Shown: positions 35,746 to 46,937 of the stretch, piece by piece | Layout: every line of letters begins with the position of its first letter | Position numbering within the stretch: the stretch's first letter is position 1 | Source of the DNA: an uncultured Prochlorococcus sp. | Lineage (GTDB): Bacteria > Cyanobacteriota > Cyanobacteriia > PCC-6307 > Cyanobiaceae | Length of the DNA stretch: 64,000 bases | Reading direction: 5' to 3' | Assembly (NCBI GenBank): GCA_902536555.1 | Contig: CACAXR010000003.1 | Location: 7,365-71,364 of the forward strand | Program-made: the position numbers and the translations under genes | The notes under the pieces: generated by a model | Database searches by the model: none | What the model was told of the DNA's origin: nothing | The model's input: only the letters and a program-made list of their open reading frames with translations

Positions 35746-37165
35746 GATCCTTTAATTCTCCAATCAAATCATTGAGTACTTTTTTTGCATCACCAAAGAC
35801 CATTGAGGTATTTGGCAGATCAAATAAATCATTTTTTATTCCGGAGTAACCTGCACTCATTCCACGTTTAATTACAAATACCGTTCTTGCTTCCTGCACA
35901 TCAAGAACTGGCATGCCATATAAAGGAGAAGAGCTATCATTTTTAGCTTGAGGATTAACCACATCATTTGCTCCTAAAACTAAAACAACATCCGTTGCTG
36001 GAAAATCAGGATTTACAACGTCCATCTCTTTAAGTTGTTCGTAAGGAACATCTGCTTCTGCTAACAGTACATTCATATGTCCAGGCATCCGCCCTGCTAC
36101 AGGATGAATTGCGTAAACGACTTCAATACCATTTTGCTCTAGTTTTTTTGTTACTTCCCTTAAAGTATGTTGAGCTTGAGCTACCGCTAGACCATAACCA
36201 GGAACAATGATTACCTTGTTGGCTGCCTCTAAAGTCAATGCACATTCTTCAACACTGCAAGAAGTTATATTTGTATATTCTCCTGAACCAGAAGAGGCTG
36301 TACTTTGTGCAGATAAAGATCCTCCAAAAAGAACTGAGACCAATGATCTATTCATACCCTTGCACATTACTTGAGTAAGTATTAGGCCTGCTGCTCCAAC
36401 CATTGCACCTGCTACTATCAAAAGCTGACTATCTACAACGAAACCTGCTGCTGCTGCTGCAATCCCTGAATAGCTATTTAATAAAGATATAACGACTGGC
36501 ATATCAGCTCCACCAATTGGTAAGGTAACTCCAATACCTAATAAAGAAGAAACTATAACTAGAAGCCAAATAGAACTTGTATTGCCGTTTATCAAATCAA
36601 AAAAGGCTATAAAGGAGGCAACTGCAAAAACGATATTTACAAAATGTCTAACTTTGCTCTGAGTCCACCCTGGAGTTGACAACCAACCCTGTAACTTTGC
36701 CATCGCCACAATTGAACCTGTGAAAGTTATGGCACCAACAAATATAGAAACAGATATTGAAACTTCGTTAATCAGTGACTTAAAAAAATCAAAATTTTCT
36801 TGGCCACCAGATATAGGAAAAATAGCTACTCCTAAGGCCACTAAAAGTGATGACATTCCTCCACAACCATTGAACAATGCCACTGTTTCAGGCATGGAGG
36901 TCATAGGTACTTTTTTTGCAAGAATTGCTCCAAATAAACTACCTATGATTGATCCAATTATTATCCAAATCCAAGACTGAATAGCAATTCCAGAAGTGCC
37001 TAAATAATAAGAAAGTAATCCTACTACTGATAGCGACATTGCAAATGCAGCTAATCTATTGGCATCCCTTGCTGATTTTACTTTTGACAATCCTTTTATG
37101 CCCAAAGCCAGTAAAAGCACTGCTAGAAGGTCAATAACGAATTTAATGATTACAGGTAGATTCAT
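35726..37165 (-). CDS. pntB: NAD(P) transhydrogenase beta subunit
   Basis: IGGADMPVVISLLNSYSG, PGYGLAVAQAQH, HPVAGRMPGHMNV. Confidence 0.97.
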   Translation of the reverse strand: MNLPVIIKFVIDLLAVLLLALGIKGLSKVKSARDANRLAAFAMSLSVVGLLSYYLGTSGIAIQSWIWIIIGSIIGSLFGAILAKKVPMTSMPETVALFNGCGGMSSLLVALGVAIFPISGGQENFDFFKSLINEVSISVSIFVGAITFTGSIVAMAKLQGWLSTPGWTQSKVRHFVNIVFAVASFIAFFDLINGNTSSIWLLVIVSSLLGIGVTLPIGGADMPVVISLLNSYSGIAAAAAGFVVDSQLLIVAGAMVGAAGLILTQVMCKGMNRSLVSVLFGGSLSAQSTASSGSGEYTNITSCSVEECALTLEAANKVIIVPGYGLAVAQAQHTLREVTKKLEQNGIEVVYAIHPVAGRMPGHMNVLLAEADVPYEQLKEMDVVNPDFPATDVVLVLGANDVVNPQAKNDSSSPLYGMPVLDVQEARTVFVIKRGMSAGYSGIKNDLFDLPNTSMVFGDAKKVLNDLIGELKDLGVGEK

Positions 37166-37173
37166 GTTAAAAA

Positions 37174-37467
37174 TTACTTCTTATTTGATGTTTTACGACT
37201 AAACATAGCGAGCATTCGATCAGTTACAAAGAAACCTCCTACAACGTTGAAAAGAGCAAATCCAAGAGAAACTGAACCAATGATTAAAAGTGGTACGTTA
37301 CCTTCTGCTTTTACAATTAAAGTTAAGGCTGCAAGCATTGTTATTCCTGAAATTGCATTTGCTCCACTCATTAGAGGTGTGTGAAGAGTAGGAGGAACTT
37401 TTCCAATTAACTCGAGACCTAACAAACTACCAAGTAAAAGAACCCAAAGAAGACTTATAAAAGACAT
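37174..37467 (-). CDS. pntA: NAD(P) transhydrogenase alpha subunit, membrane part (alpha-2)
   Basis: VPPTLHTPLMSGANAISG, GGFFVTDRML. Confidence 0.95.
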   Translation of the reverse strand: MSFISLLWVLLLGSLLGLELIGKVPPTLHTPLMSGANAISGITMLAALTLIVKAEGNVPLLIIGSVSLGFALFNVVGGFFVTDRMLAMFSRKTSNKK

Positions 37468-37479
37468 AATTTTAAAACC

Positions 37480-38610
37480 TCAATTTTCAAAAACTTTATT
37501 TTGAAGAACAACTCCTTCATCGCTTAATAAACATCCAGAAATGAGTTCATCCTCTTTATCTAATTTAATTACACCATCTTTTATAAATGGTGTAATCAAA
37601 GATGTTAAGTTCTTAGCATAAAGTGAACTTGCATCATAAGGAACTGAAGAGGGTAATTCGCCCGCTCCTATAAGTTTTACCCCATCTTTGATAATAGTTT
37701 CATTAGATTTTGTTCCTTCGCAGTTCCCTCCCTGAGAAACTGCTAAATCAATCACTACTGCTCCAGGCCTCATTTTTTCAATCATGGGTGAGTCTATTAA
37801 AACAGGGGCCTTTTTACCTAGAACTTGCGCAGTACATATAGCAACATCAGCTTCAGATAAATATTTAGTTAAAGTTGCCTTCTGTTTTGAGAGGAATTCG
37901 GGTGTTACAGCTTTTGCATAACCTCCTGCCTCTCCTGGCTTTTCCTCAACTTCAGGTAGTTCTATAAATCTTGCTCCGAGGGACTCTACTTGTTCTTTAA
38001 CAGCAGGCCTAATATCAGATACAAATACTATTGCTCCAAGTCTTTTCGCCGTCGCAACTGCCTGTAATCCTGCAACGCCTCCACCAAGAACAACTACTTT
38101 TGCAGGTTGGACTGTCCCTGCTGCAGTCATAAGCATTGGAAAATATCTATCTAACTCACTTGCAGCCAAAAGAACTGCTTTGTATCCAGCAATATTGGCT
38201 TGTGAAGAAAGAACATCAGAAGATTGAGCTCTACTGATCCTGGGAAGCAACTCCAGTGATAAAGCTGAAATCTTATTACTATTTATAATCCTAAGAAGCT
38301 CCTTATTACCATATGGATTAAGAAGACCAAGAAGAACAGCGCCTTTCTTTAACTTAGTTAAATTATCCTCTGATGGAGTTTGAACACAAAATATTAAGTC
38401 TGCTTCACCCCAAATTTTTTGATCTAAGTTGTTTATTATTGTTCCGCCCGATTCTTCATATGATAAGTCACTAAATCCTGATAATTTTCCTGCTGAACTT
38501 TCAATATAAACATCACATCCAAAGCTTTTTAATTTCTTTACCGCTTCTGGTGTAGCTGAAACTCTCCTTTCACCAGAGCTTGTTTCGGAAGGAATAAGTA
38601 TCTTTGTCAA
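37480..38610 (-). CDS. pntA: NAD(P) transhydrogenase alpha subunit, NAD-binding part (alpha-1)
   Basis: ERRVSATP, PRISRAQS, GGGVAG, GGYAK. Confidence 0.96.
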   Translation of the reverse strand: MTKILIPSETSSGERRVSATPEAVKKLKSFGCDVYIESSAGKLSGFSDLSYEESGGTIINNLDQKIWGEADLIFCVQTPSEDNLTKLKKGAVLLGLLNPYGNKELLRIINSNKISALSLELLPRISRAQSSDVLSSQANIAGYKAVLLAASELDRYFPMLMTAAGTVQPAKVVVLGGGVAGLQAVATAKRLGAIVFVSDIRPAVKEQVESLGARFIELPEVEEKPGEAGGYAKAVTPEFLSKQKATLTKYLSEADVAICTAQVLGKKAPVLIDSPMIEKMRPGAVVIDLAVSQGGNCEGTKSNETIIKDGVKLIGAGELPSSVPYDASSLYAKNLTSLITPFIKDGVIKLDKEDELISGCLLSDEGVVLQNKVFEN

Positions 38611-38737
38611 TTTATTTATTTTTTTAACATACTAAATATAAATTGAAGAAAGTCAAAAGTCTTGGATTTTTGTTAAAAATATATTTTCTTTTCTATAAAA
38701 AATAGCTATCTAGAATATAGAGGTACTAAATAATCAA

Positions 38738-39316
38738 ATGAGCATAAAAGCAATCGAATGTCCCGATGGAGTATGTCACAGTCATCATGGTGGACATGCT
38801 GTTCCAAGACAAGCAATGCAGAAAAACCTAGAAAAGCATGGTAAAGACTGGTGCGAGAAATTAGCAGAGAGAATTTATGAAATGTCAGTTGATACTTATT
38901 CACAGACAGTCATGCCCAGTCTCCACTCAGCAGGCTGGCAAAGAAGACATCTAGATTGGGAATTTAAGCTGGCAGAAAATGATTCTGAACCTGATGAAGC
39001 TCTTGTTGAAGGAATTATTAATGCTACAGAAAGCTTTCTAAGGAGTAGTGAGGTTCATCGATTATTTATTCAAGAATTAGTTCAGGGCACATTCGAGGAA
39101 GCAAATGATAAAAAAATAATTTCTAAAGCAATAAAATCTATCATTGAAGAAGAAATTGTTAGTTCACTAAGAGAAAAGAAAGAAACTCTTTTAAAAAAAA
39201 TATCCGCAAAATTAATATCAGAAGAAAAAGTTAGCGAGGAACTTGCAATAAATTCAGCTAAAGAGGGTTTTGAGGAAGTTGAAAGGCTACTTGCAAATCA
39301 CAGCGAGGCAGTCTAA
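38738..39316 (+). CDS. Conserved picocyanobacterial hypothetical protein
   Basis: CPDGVCHSHHGGH N-terminus; core synteny beside pntA. Confidence 0.8.
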   Translation: MSIKAIECPDGVCHSHHGGHAVPRQAMQKNLEKHGKDWCEKLAERIYEMSVDTYSQTVMPSLHSAGWQRRHLDWEFKLAENDSEPDEALVEGIINATESFLRSSEVHRLFIQELVQGTFEEANDKKIISKAIKSIIEEEIVSSLREKKETLLKKISAKLISEEKVSEELAINSAKEGFEEVERLLANHSEAV

Positions 39317-39471
39317 CTCTATCTCTTTATATTTTCTTTATAATTTACCCAAAAATTGGCTCAAATATAAATTAAAGATTAAATTATTGTTTGGAAGTAC
39401 AAAGTTGTAACTTATTAGACATTACTTATACCTTGTTGTGTGTTTACCTAATATACAACTTAAAAATTTCA

Positions 39472-39696
39472 ATGGACAATTTCATTAGGAAAAGGATTGA
39501 CATAGCGACTTGTTGGGCTACCAACAGAATTTCTGCAATGGACACTCTAGAAAGGTATGAAGACAGTTATGCAATAGCAGAAGAATTTCGAGAGTGGATA
39601 TTACATATTGGAGAAAAGAACGAAAATTTAAAAGATTATATTTTAAATTTCCCTAAGGATTTAACAAAGTTTTTAGACCAAAAAGTCAACGATTGA
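39472..39696 (+). CDS. Conserved hypothetical protein
   Basis: CWATNRI...ERYEDSYAIAEEFREW; ATG 39472 preferred. Confidence 0.7.
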   Translation: MDNFIRKRIDIATCWATNRISAMDTLERYEDSYAIAEEFREWILHIGEKNENLKDYILNFPKDLTKFLDQKVND

Positions 39697-39775
39697 TTAA
39701 TAAATCTATCGAGTGAAATCCGCCCTACATTATTTGAGATTGTTTATTATTATTATAAGTGAAAATAGCAAATAA

Positions 39776-41152
39776 ATGGAAAATAAAGAGAAGATTTCAA
39801 ACGTAGAAAACGTTGTAATTATAGGCTCGGGACCTGCAGGTTACACTGCTGCAATATATGCAGCAAGAGCAAATCTGCAACCTTTACTTGTAACAGGATT
39901 TAATTCTGGTGGAATTCCTGGTGGGCAATTAATGACTACAACATTTGTTGAAAATTACCCAGGTTTCCCAGATGGAGTACTAGGTCCTGAATTGATGGAT
40001 CTAATGAAGGCTCAAGCAGAAAGATGGGGCACCAATTTATACGAAAGTGATGTGGTCTCCATTAATACCGCTTCACATCCCTTTGAATTAAACACTTTAG
40101 AAGGAACTATAAAATCTAATTCAATTATCATTGCAACTGGAGCAAGTGCAAATAGATTAGGCGTGATTAATGAAGATAAATTCTGGAGTAAAGGAATAAG
40201 TGCTTGTGCAATATGCGATGGGGCAACTCCACAATTTAGAGATGAAGAATTAGCTGTAATTGGAGGGGGCGACTCTGCATGCGAAGAAGCAGCATATCTC
40301 ACAAAGTATGGAAGCAAAGTTCATTTGATTGTTAGATCAGACAAATTAAGGGCTAGCGCAGCAATGGTTGATAGAGTAAAAGCTAATCCAAAGATAGAAA
40401 TTCATTGGAATACAAAAGTTGATAAAGCGGATGGTTCTGAATGGCTTGAGAGAATAGAAACTATTCATTCTCAAGAAGGTAAAGGGGAAATCAATATAAA
40501 AGGTCTTTTTTACGCGATAGGGCACACACCAAATACGAAGTTCTTAGGCAACAAAATTGATTTAGATAATAAAGGCTATATTGCTTGCAAATCAGGAAGG
40601 CCAGAAACATCTATTGAAGGCATCTTCGCAGCAGGTGATGTTGTTGATTCTGAGTGGAGACAAGGAGTTACCGCTGCAGGAACTGGATGCATGGCAGCAT
40701 TAGCTACCGAAAGATGGTTATCAGAGAAAAACTTAGCAAAAACTATAGTCAGAGAAACTCCCGAACCAGAAAAAAAACTTAATTCATCAGATTTTAATGA
40801 AGAAGAAGTAAATGAAGATACTTTCGATTCAAATTCTGAATGGCAAAAAGGCAGTTATGCATTGAGGAAACTTTATCACGAGAGCAAAAAACCTATCTTA
40901 GTAATTTTTAGTTCCCCAAGCTGCGGACCATGCCATGTTTTGAAACCTCAGTTAAAAAGAGTAATTAAAGAACTTGACGGTGCAGTTCTTGGCGTTGAAA
41001 TAGATATTGACAAAGATCAAGATATTGCAAAACAAGCTGGTATTAACGGCACTCCAACAGTTCAACTTTTTAAAGAAAAATTATTAAAAAAACAATGGCA
41101 AGGTGTTAAACAAAGAAGTGAGTTTAAAGAAGCGATAAAAAATATTATCTAA
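39776..41152 (+). CDS. trxB: NADPH-thioredoxin reductase with C-terminal thioredoxin domain (NTRC type)
   Basis: GSGPAG, CAICDG, GGGDSA, C-terminal CGPC. Confidence 0.95.
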   Translation: MENKEKISNVENVVIIGSGPAGYTAAIYAARANLQPLLVTGFNSGGIPGGQLMTTTFVENYPGFPDGVLGPELMDLMKAQAERWGTNLYESDVVSINTASHPFELNTLEGTIKSNSIIIATGASANRLGVINEDKFWSKGISACAICDGATPQFRDEELAVIGGGDSACEEAAYLTKYGSKVHLIVRSDKLRASAAMVDRVKANPKIEIHWNTKVDKADGSEWLERIETIHSQEGKGEINIKGLFYAIGHTPNTKFLGNKIDLDNKGYIACKSGRPETSIEGIFAAGDVVDSEWRQGVTAAGTGCMAALATERWLSEKNLAKTIVRETPEPEKKLNSSDFNEEEVNEDTFDSNSEWQKGSYALRKLYHESKKPILVIFSSPSCGPCHVLKPQLKRVIKELDGAVLGVEIDIDKDQDIAKQAGINGTPTVQLFKEKLLKKQWQGVKQRSEFKEAIKNII

Positions 41153-41161
41153 AGAAACTTT

Positions 41162-41428
41162 TTATTTATTATTTCTCTTGGGATTATTTTTATTAGTAGT
41201 AGGTCTAGCACCCCCTGCATTTCTCTCTCGATAAGTTATCCTCCCTCTAGAAAGATCATAAGGACTTATCTCAACTAACACTTTGTCTCCAGCTAATAAT
41301 TTAATTCTAAATTTAGTCAATTTACCTGCAGCTCTACATAAACATTGATGTCCTTCAGGTTGTTCTAAGGTAACCAAATAAAATCCATTCCCCTGCTCTT
41401 TTTCTATAACACCTGAAGTTTCAATCAT
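41162..41428 (-). CDS. infA: Translation initiation factor IF-1
   Basis: GKLTKFRIKLLAGDKVLVEISPYDLSRGRITYR. Confidence 0.95.
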   Translation of the reverse strand: MIETSGVIEKEQGNGFYLVTLEQPEGHQCLCRAAGKLTKFRIKLLAGDKVLVEISPYDLSRGRITYRERNAGGARPTTNKNNPKRNNK

Positions 41429-41515
41429 TAATTAATATTTTTCTAGATACATATTATCAGAAAAAGATTGTCCAAAAAATATTTAAGAAAAATTACATCC
41501 GTAAAAATATGAAAT

Positions 41516-41731
41516 TCAATTCAAATTGAATCTAATTTCATTAATTATTTGAAGTTGACCATAATAAAAATTTGCTTTCGCAATTTTTTCAGAATCTTCT
41601 AATTGATCAAAAAAAACAAACCCAAGGCTTTCCCATAATGAAGATCCACATACATTATTCAATTCATTTTTTGCATCTTTTGCAAAATTATCTAGTTTTC
41701 GTTCAAGATTTTTAGACTTAAAAACAGACAT
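41516..41731 (-). CDS. Hypothetical protein (71 aa), probably LexA-regulated
   Basis: ATG ORF with a LexA-like box 16 nt upstream. Confidence 0.7.
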   Translation of the reverse strand: MSVFKSKNLERKLDNFAKDAKNELNNVCGSSLWESLGFVFFDQLEDSEKIAKANFYYGQLQIINEIRFNLN

Positions 41732-41747
41732 AGGTCATTAATATATA

Positions 41748-41763
41748 TAGTACAAATATACTA
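41748..41763. promoter_or_regulatory. Cyanobacterial LexA box
   Basis: TAGTACAAATATACTA, one mismatch to TAGTAC-N4-GTACTA, inside the larger palindrome TATATAGTA-N6-TACTATATA. Confidence 0.65.
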
Positions 41764-41784
41764 TATAAATCTAGAAGTGCAACA

Positions 41785-42747
41785 TTAAAAAGGTAATCTC
41801 TTTTTTTCTTCAATATTGAGATCTGCTTCCATTTCCCTTAATCTCTTAAGTATTTGTTGATAATACTCTTTGATATAACTCTCAAGAGAAGTCATATCTT
41901 CTTTTTTTAGATCCAATATTTCGTAGGTTTGGCTCATGTCAGCATCTAATGATTCTCCACTACTAGTTACTTCAGCAAAAGCCAATCTTTCAGCAACATT
42001 TAAAGAATCTTGGAAAAAGGAAACTACTTTTTGGGTGACACTAATTAGGAAAGGGGAAACTCTAAAAATTTTAGCCTTCTTTTCGCTAAATTTTTCACAT
42101 AGGGAAATGATTTCGTTTGAATCCCATGCTTTAGGACCAACCAATGGTAAAGATGTTCTATGAGTTTTTGGATTACTAACAGCTGCGACAATAATTTTTG
42201 CCATGTCTTGAGTATTCATATATGCGATTTTAGTTGGAGTTCCGCTCATCCATACTGCTTGACTATCTAAAATTGGAATAGCAAATTGACCTATAATTCC
42301 TTGCATAAAAGCTGCACATTTGAAAATTGTATAGTCTAGACCTGATTTCTCAAGAAGTTTTTCAGTACAATACTTTATGTCCATTAATGGGACGTTTCTA
42401 AATTTCTCTGTTAAAAGGATTGAAAGGAATATGACTCTTTTTACATTTAAAGATTCACAAGCATTGAACAAATTGACTTTCCCGTCCCAATCTATTTCAT
42501 AGATACTTTTAGGATCATCCGGCTTACTAGTAGCAGCATCAATAACAACTTCAATATCTTGCAATGCATATTCAATATCAGAAGAATTTAACAGGTTACC
42601 TTTTGTCAATTCACAACCCCACTCTTGTAGAAAGGAAGATTTTCTTGGGTTTCTTACGAAGCATCTAACTTCATGTCCATCTTCTATAGCTTGCTTCGCT
42701 ATTTGCCTACCAAGTGTTCCTGTTGCTCCTACTAAAAGAATCTTCAT
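41785..42747 (-). CDS. ycf39: Ycf39-like NAD(P)-binding atypical SDR (PSII assembly)
   Basis: GATGTLGRQ, FLQEWGCEL, VPLMDIKYCTE, RLAFAEV. Confidence 0.88.
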   Translation of the reverse strand: MKILLVGATGTLGRQIAKQAIEDGHEVRCFVRNPRKSSFLQEWGCELTKGNLLNSSDIEYALQDIEVVIDAATSKPDDPKSIYEIDWDGKVNLFNACESLNVKRVIFLSILLTEKFRNVPLMDIKYCTEKLLEKSGLDYTIFKCAAFMQGIIGQFAIPILDSQAVWMSGTPTKIAYMNTQDMAKIIVAAVSNPKTHRTSLPLVGPKAWDSNEIISLCEKFSEKKAKIFRVSPFLISVTQKVVSFFQDSLNVAERLAFAEVTSSGESLDADMSQTYEILDLKKEDMTSLESYIKEYYQQILKRLREMEADLNIEEKKRLPF

Positions 42748-42805
42748 ATTTTAAGATTTACTTGACCTGTAGACCATAACTCAATTTGTGACGTGTTCGT
42801 GAGAA

Positions 42806-42904
42806 TCAATCTCCCTGAAACTTTAATAGTAATGCACCACCAACTAATCCTATTGGAATCAATATCCAAAAAACTGCCGCAATACTAAAAATTTCTTTAG
42901 CCAT
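42806..42904 (-). CDS. petM: Cytochrome b6-f subunit VII
   Basis: Missed by the ORF track: [32 protein letters not shown]. Confidence 0.9.
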
Positions 42905-42999
42905 ATTAAAATTTAATGATTACTATAATTTACATTCAATATACAATTATTTGTTAAAAAAGTAGATAATGCAAATATCTTGAAAATTTTTTGAAAATT

Positions 43000-43944
43000 A
43001 TGAAAAAAAATTTTAAAGAAGAAAATATTAATTTTCCTAATTACTGGAATTGGAATGGTTTTAAAATTTGTTGGAATGTTTCAGGCGAAGAAAATGAAAT
43101 CCCAATCATCTTTCTCCATGGATTTGGTGCTAGTCGAAAACATTGGAGGAACAATTTAGAATATTTTGCGAATAGGAATTGTGCCTCTTATTCTTTGGAC
43201 TTATTAGGTTTTGGGGATTCAGATCAACCTGGGATTAGACAAATTGGGAAGTTAAATAATGAGATTTGGTCTAATCAAGTGAAAGACTTTATTACACAGG
43301 TGATAAGACCTAAGAATGCTGGGAAAGTAATTCTTATTGGCAATTCCCTTGGCTCACTAGTTGCTTTAACATGTGCTGTTGCATTAGAGGATCAGATTGC
43401 AACAGTTATTGCATCGCCTCTGCCAGATCAAATTCAAGAAAATAAAAAGTCAACAACAAAAAAATCATCATTTAAAAAATTTCAAGATAGATTCATAAGA
43501 ATATTTTTTATATTTTTCCCTTTGGAGATTATTTTATTTTTAATAATTAAATTAGGGGCTATAAAACTAGGACTTAATTCCGCCTATTTCAAAAAAGATA
43601 ATATTGATCGCGAATTAATAGATTTGGTGACAAAACCAGTTTTAAGGAGAACTTCAGCTAGATCATTAAGAGCAATGTGTATTGGAATGTCTTTAAGAGA
43701 TGAAAAATTTCAAGCTTCTTACCTTTTGAGAAAACTTAGCTCCGCAAAAAAAGTTCCTTTTTTATTGATTTGGGGTGAAAAAGATAATTTCATACCTTTG
43801 TTTGTTGGTAAAAAGATTGCAAATTTCCATAGATGGGTAAAATTAAAAATAGTATCCAATTCAGGGCATTGTATCCATGATGAAGATCCTTCAGTATTCA
43901 ATAGAATCTCTTATGAATGGATTAGAGATTTAAAAACCTTTTAA
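43000..43944 (+). CDS. Alpha/beta fold hydrolase
   Basis: [25 protein letters not shown]. Confidence 0.9.
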   Translation: MKKNFKEENINFPNYWNWNGFKICWNVSGEENEIPIIFLHGFGASRKHWRNNLEYFANRNCASYSLDLLGFGDSDQPGIRQIGKLNNEIWSNQVKDFITQVIRPKNAGKVILIGNSLGSLVALTCAVALEDQIATVIASPLPDQIQENKKSTTKKSSFKKFQDRFIRIFFIFFPLEIILFLIIKLGAIKLGLNSAYFKKDNIDRELIDLVTKPVLRRTSARSLRAMCIGMSLRDEKFQASYLLRKLSSAKKVPFLLIWGEKDNFIPLFVGKKIANFHRWVKLKIVSNSGHCIHDEDPSVFNRISYEWIRDLKTF

Positions 43945-43946
43945 AT

Positions 43947-44471
43947 ATGAAACATACATTATCAGTTCTTGTAGAAGACGAATCTGGAGCCTTGAGTAGA
44001 ATCTCAGGTCTCTTCGCTAGAAGGGGATTCAACATTGATAGCCTTGCAGTAGGGCCTGCAGAATCTAAGGGGATTTCAAGGTTAACAATGGTAGTAGAGG
44101 GTGATAATGAAACTCTTCAACAAATGACTAAGCAGCTTAATAAGTTATTTAATGTTCTGGGAGTTGTTGATTTTACTAATCTCGCAGCTGTTGAGAGGGA
44201 ATTGATGTTACTAAAAGTTTCATCGAAAGAAGATACCAGAAGCAATATCCTAGATATTGTGCAGATTTTCCGTGCAAAAGTTGTTGACGTATCAGATATT
44301 GCCTTAACTCTGGAGGTAGTTGGGGATCCTGGGAAGTTAGTTGCATTAGAGAAATTACTCGAGCCATACGGCATCCTTGAAATAGCAAGAACAGGTAAGG
44401 TTGCACTTAAACGCTCTTCAGGAGTTAATACCGAAATGTTAAAAATAAACAAATATTCTCTAGAAATTTAA
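43947..44471 (+). CDS. ilvN: Acetolactate synthase small (regulatory) subunit
   Basis: [34 protein letters not shown] domain. Confidence 0.96.
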   Translation: MKHTLSVLVEDESGALSRISGLFARRGFNIDSLAVGPAESKGISRLTMVVEGDNETLQQMTKQLNKLFNVLGVVDFTNLAAVERELMLLKVSSKEDTRSNILDIVQIFRAKVVDVSDIALTLEVVGDPGKLVALEKLLEPYGILEIARTGKVALKRSSGVNTEMLKINKYSLEI

Positions 44472-45124
44472 TTAGATATCTGGACTGCCTCGATATAGTC
44501 TTCTTTGTTGATTTTTTTAAGAACGTCTAATCCATTAATAATCTTTCCAAAAATAGAATATCTTCCATCAAGTTCTGGGATATTACTAGTAACAAAAAAA
44601 AATTCAGTAGATGAAGACTTATTCTCACCGCTTTTCACCATAGCGATTGAACCACTTTCAAAAGTATATACTAAATTTTCAGTTTCATTAGGATTTTTTA
44701 TTTGATAGTTATATCTTGGTTTAATTTCTCCTTTAAATTTTATTTCTAAAGGTATAAAAGGACTTTTTTTATTAAGGTTTTGATTTCGTTCAACATAGAG
44801 TTTATTTTCTTGATTAACTCCTCCATGTATAAATCTTATTTGGGGATAATTAATTATTTTATAAAATTTTTGTTTTACATAAATATTTTTGTTTATGTTT
44901 TCAAGAAAATTTGAAACTGTTACTGGGTTATCTTTACCAAATAATTTAACTTCAAAATCACCTTTTGTAGTTTCAAAATAAACTATTTTATTACTCTGAG
45001 TACAACTAACTTTAAGTTTTTGGCAGTAATAATCCGAATCAATCTCATTTTTAAAACTACAAGACTGAACCAAAAAAAATAATTGAATAAAAGAGAATGT
45101 TTTTAATAAATATTTTTTTTTTAT
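44468..45124 (-). CDS. Cyclophilin-type peptidyl-prolyl isomerase, probable lipoprotein; start uncertain (ATA 45124 or TTG 45073)
   Basis: FETTKG...[29 protein letters not shown]; frame stays open upstream through [21 protein letters not shown]. Confidence 0.8.
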   Translation of the reverse strand: MKKKYLLKTFSFIQLFFLVQSCSFKNEIDSDYYCQKLKVSCTQSNKIVYFETTKGDFEVKLFGKDNPVTVSNFLENINKNIYVKQKFYKIINYPQIRFIHGGVNQENKLYVERNQNLNKKSPFIPLEIKFKGEIKPRYNYQIKNPNETENLVYTFESGSIAMVKSGENKSSSTEFFFVTSNIPELDGRYSIFGKIINGLDVLKKINKEDYIEAVQISN

Positions 45125-45678
45125 TTTAAACCCTCCAAATTAACATCCAAAAATTTAGCAAGTCGAGCGCCTTCTTCTTCAACTTGTAGGAGTGGTTTGA
45201 GTTCACCTGCCCCGCTTAAAGGTAGAGGTTTTTTTCTACCTTTTAGTACTAAAGCAATTCTTCTTCTAGGATTAAATCCCTCACTTATGTCTAACTTAAC
45301 TGATTTAATTTCATCGAAATTCAATTTAACTTCAATATCTTTGAATAGTCCTTTTCTTTTTATTTCTACAGATTTTGATGATTTATCAAAATAATTACTT
45401 CCTGAACCAAAGTTTATGTAAACAAGATACCACAAGTAAAAATTTAATAAATTGGCTATTACGCCATATGCTCCCATTATTATTCCTTGAGGGATAAATA
45501 ATAAAGTTGAAGGATTTCCTAAAGGTAATAAATCCCTTCCTGTGTAGCTAGATATAGAGGCCAAAAGAAAACCAATACCCCCTATCGTTAGCATTCCTCC
45601 AATAATATAATTTGAAATTTTTCTTGATCCACCAATTTTTTGTTCGATTTTATCGAAAGACGTGAGGTCTGAATTCAT
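45121..45678 (-). CDS. ycf4: Photosystem I assembly protein Ycf4
   Basis: GSRKISNY, FIPQGIIM, EGFNPRR, LAKFLDV. Confidence 0.95.
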   Translation of the reverse strand: MNSDLTSFDKIEQKIGGSRKISNYIIGGMLTIGGIGFLLASISSYTGRDLLPLGNPSTLLFIPQGIIMGAYGVIANLLNFYLWYLVYINFGSGSNYFDKSSKSVEIKRKGLFKDIEVKLNFDEIKSVKLDISEGFNPRRRIALVLKGRKKPLPLSGAGELKPLLQVEEEGARLAKFLDVNLEGLK

Positions 45679-45860
45679 TTTTATCTTTTTTTAGAACCTA
45701 ATTCAGATAATTTAACAAACTAAGGGAGTATTCTTACCTAATTTTTAATAAAAAAGTCAGGAAAGCTTTACAAGGCATTTCAGATATACAAATATTTCCC
45801 CACATTGCTCTCAATCTTTGTTACAGTCACTGCGTATCCCGAAGCTAAAAACGATTTCTC

Positions 45861-46937
45861 ATGACGATCGCAGTTGGTAGCGCCCCACAAAGAGGATGGT
45901 TTGATGTCCTCGATGATTGGTTGAAGCGCGACCGCTTTGTATTTATTGGTTGGTCTGGACTACTTCTACTCCCTTGTGCATACCTTGCTATAGGTGGTTG
46001 GTTTGTCGGAACAACATTTGTTACCTCATGGTACACACACGGAGTTGCAAGCTCATACCTTGAAGGTTGTAACTTTTTAACAGCAGCTGTAAGCACCCCT
46101 GGTGATGCCATGGGACACAGTCTTCTATTTTTATGGGGTCCTGAAGCCCAAGGTAGTTTCGTAAGATGGCTACAACTTGGTGGTCTTTGGAACTTCGTTG
46201 CATTACATGGAGTATTTGGCCTAATTGGTTTTATGCTTCGTCAGTTTGAAATTGCTGGCCTTGTTGGAATTAGACCATACAACGCACTAGCATTCTCAGC
46301 AGTAATTGCAGTATTCACAAGTATTTTCCTTATTTACCCTTTAGGACAGCATAGTTGGTTCTTCGCACCTTCATTCGGTGTTGCAGCAATCTTCCGTTAC
46401 ATCCTGTTCATTCAAGGTTTCCACAATATCACTCTAAACCCATTCCATATGATGGGAGTTGCTGGAATTCTAGGTGGTGCTCTACTTTGCGCTATTCATG
46501 GAGCTACAGTACAAAATACTTTGTATGAAGATACAAGTATTTATACAGATGGTAAGGTTCAAAGTTCAACATTTAGAGCTTTTGATCCAACTCAAGAAGA
46601 AGAAACTTATTCAATGATTACGGCGAATAGATTCTGGAGTCAAATCTTCGGTATCGCTTTCTCAAACAAGCGTTTCTTACATTTCTTGATGCTATTTGTA
46701 CCTGTTATGGGTATGTGGACATCTTCAATAGGTATTGTTGGCTTAGCACTAAACTTAAGAGCTTATGATTTCGTAAGCCAAGAAATACGTGCAGCAGAAG
46801 ATCCAGAATTTGAAACTTTCTACACAAAAAATATACTTTTGAACGAAGGTATGCGAGCATGGATGTCTTCTGTGGATCAACCACACGAAAACTTTGTATT
46901 CCCTGAGGAGGTTCTTCCACGTGGAAACGCCCTTTAA
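45861..46937 (+). CDS. psbD: Photosystem II D2 protein
   Basis: [21 protein letters not shown] ... [12 protein letters not shown]. Confidence 0.99.
   Translation: MTIAVGSAPQRGWFDVLDDWLKRDRFVFIGWSGLLLLPCAYLAIGGWFVGTTFVTSWYTHGVASSYLEGCNFLTAAVSTPGDAMGHSLLFLWGPEAQGSFVRWLQLGGLWNFVALHGVFGLIGFMLRQFEIAGLVGIRPYNALAFSAVIAVFTSIFLIYPLGQHSWFFAPSFGVAAIFRYILFIQGFHNITLNPFHMMGVAGILGGALLCAIHGATVQNTLYEDTSIYTDGKVQSSTFRAFDPTQEEETYSMITANRFWSQIFGIAFSNKRFLHFLMLFVPVMGMWTSSIGIVGLALNLRAYDFVSQEIRAAEDPEFETFYTKNILLNEGMRAWMSSVDQPHENFVFPEEVLPRGNAL

Noticed and set aside
37174-38610. Split pntA as a pseudogene
   Set aside because: The alpha-1/alpha-2 split is the normal three-gene arrangement in these cyanobacteria
39776-41152. 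Thioredoxin reductase-thioredoxin fusion as a novelty
   Set aside because: Known NTRC architecture of cyanobacteria and plastids
46894-46920. TTG start for psbC
   Set aside because: The conserved psbC start is the GTG at 46921 overlapping psbD
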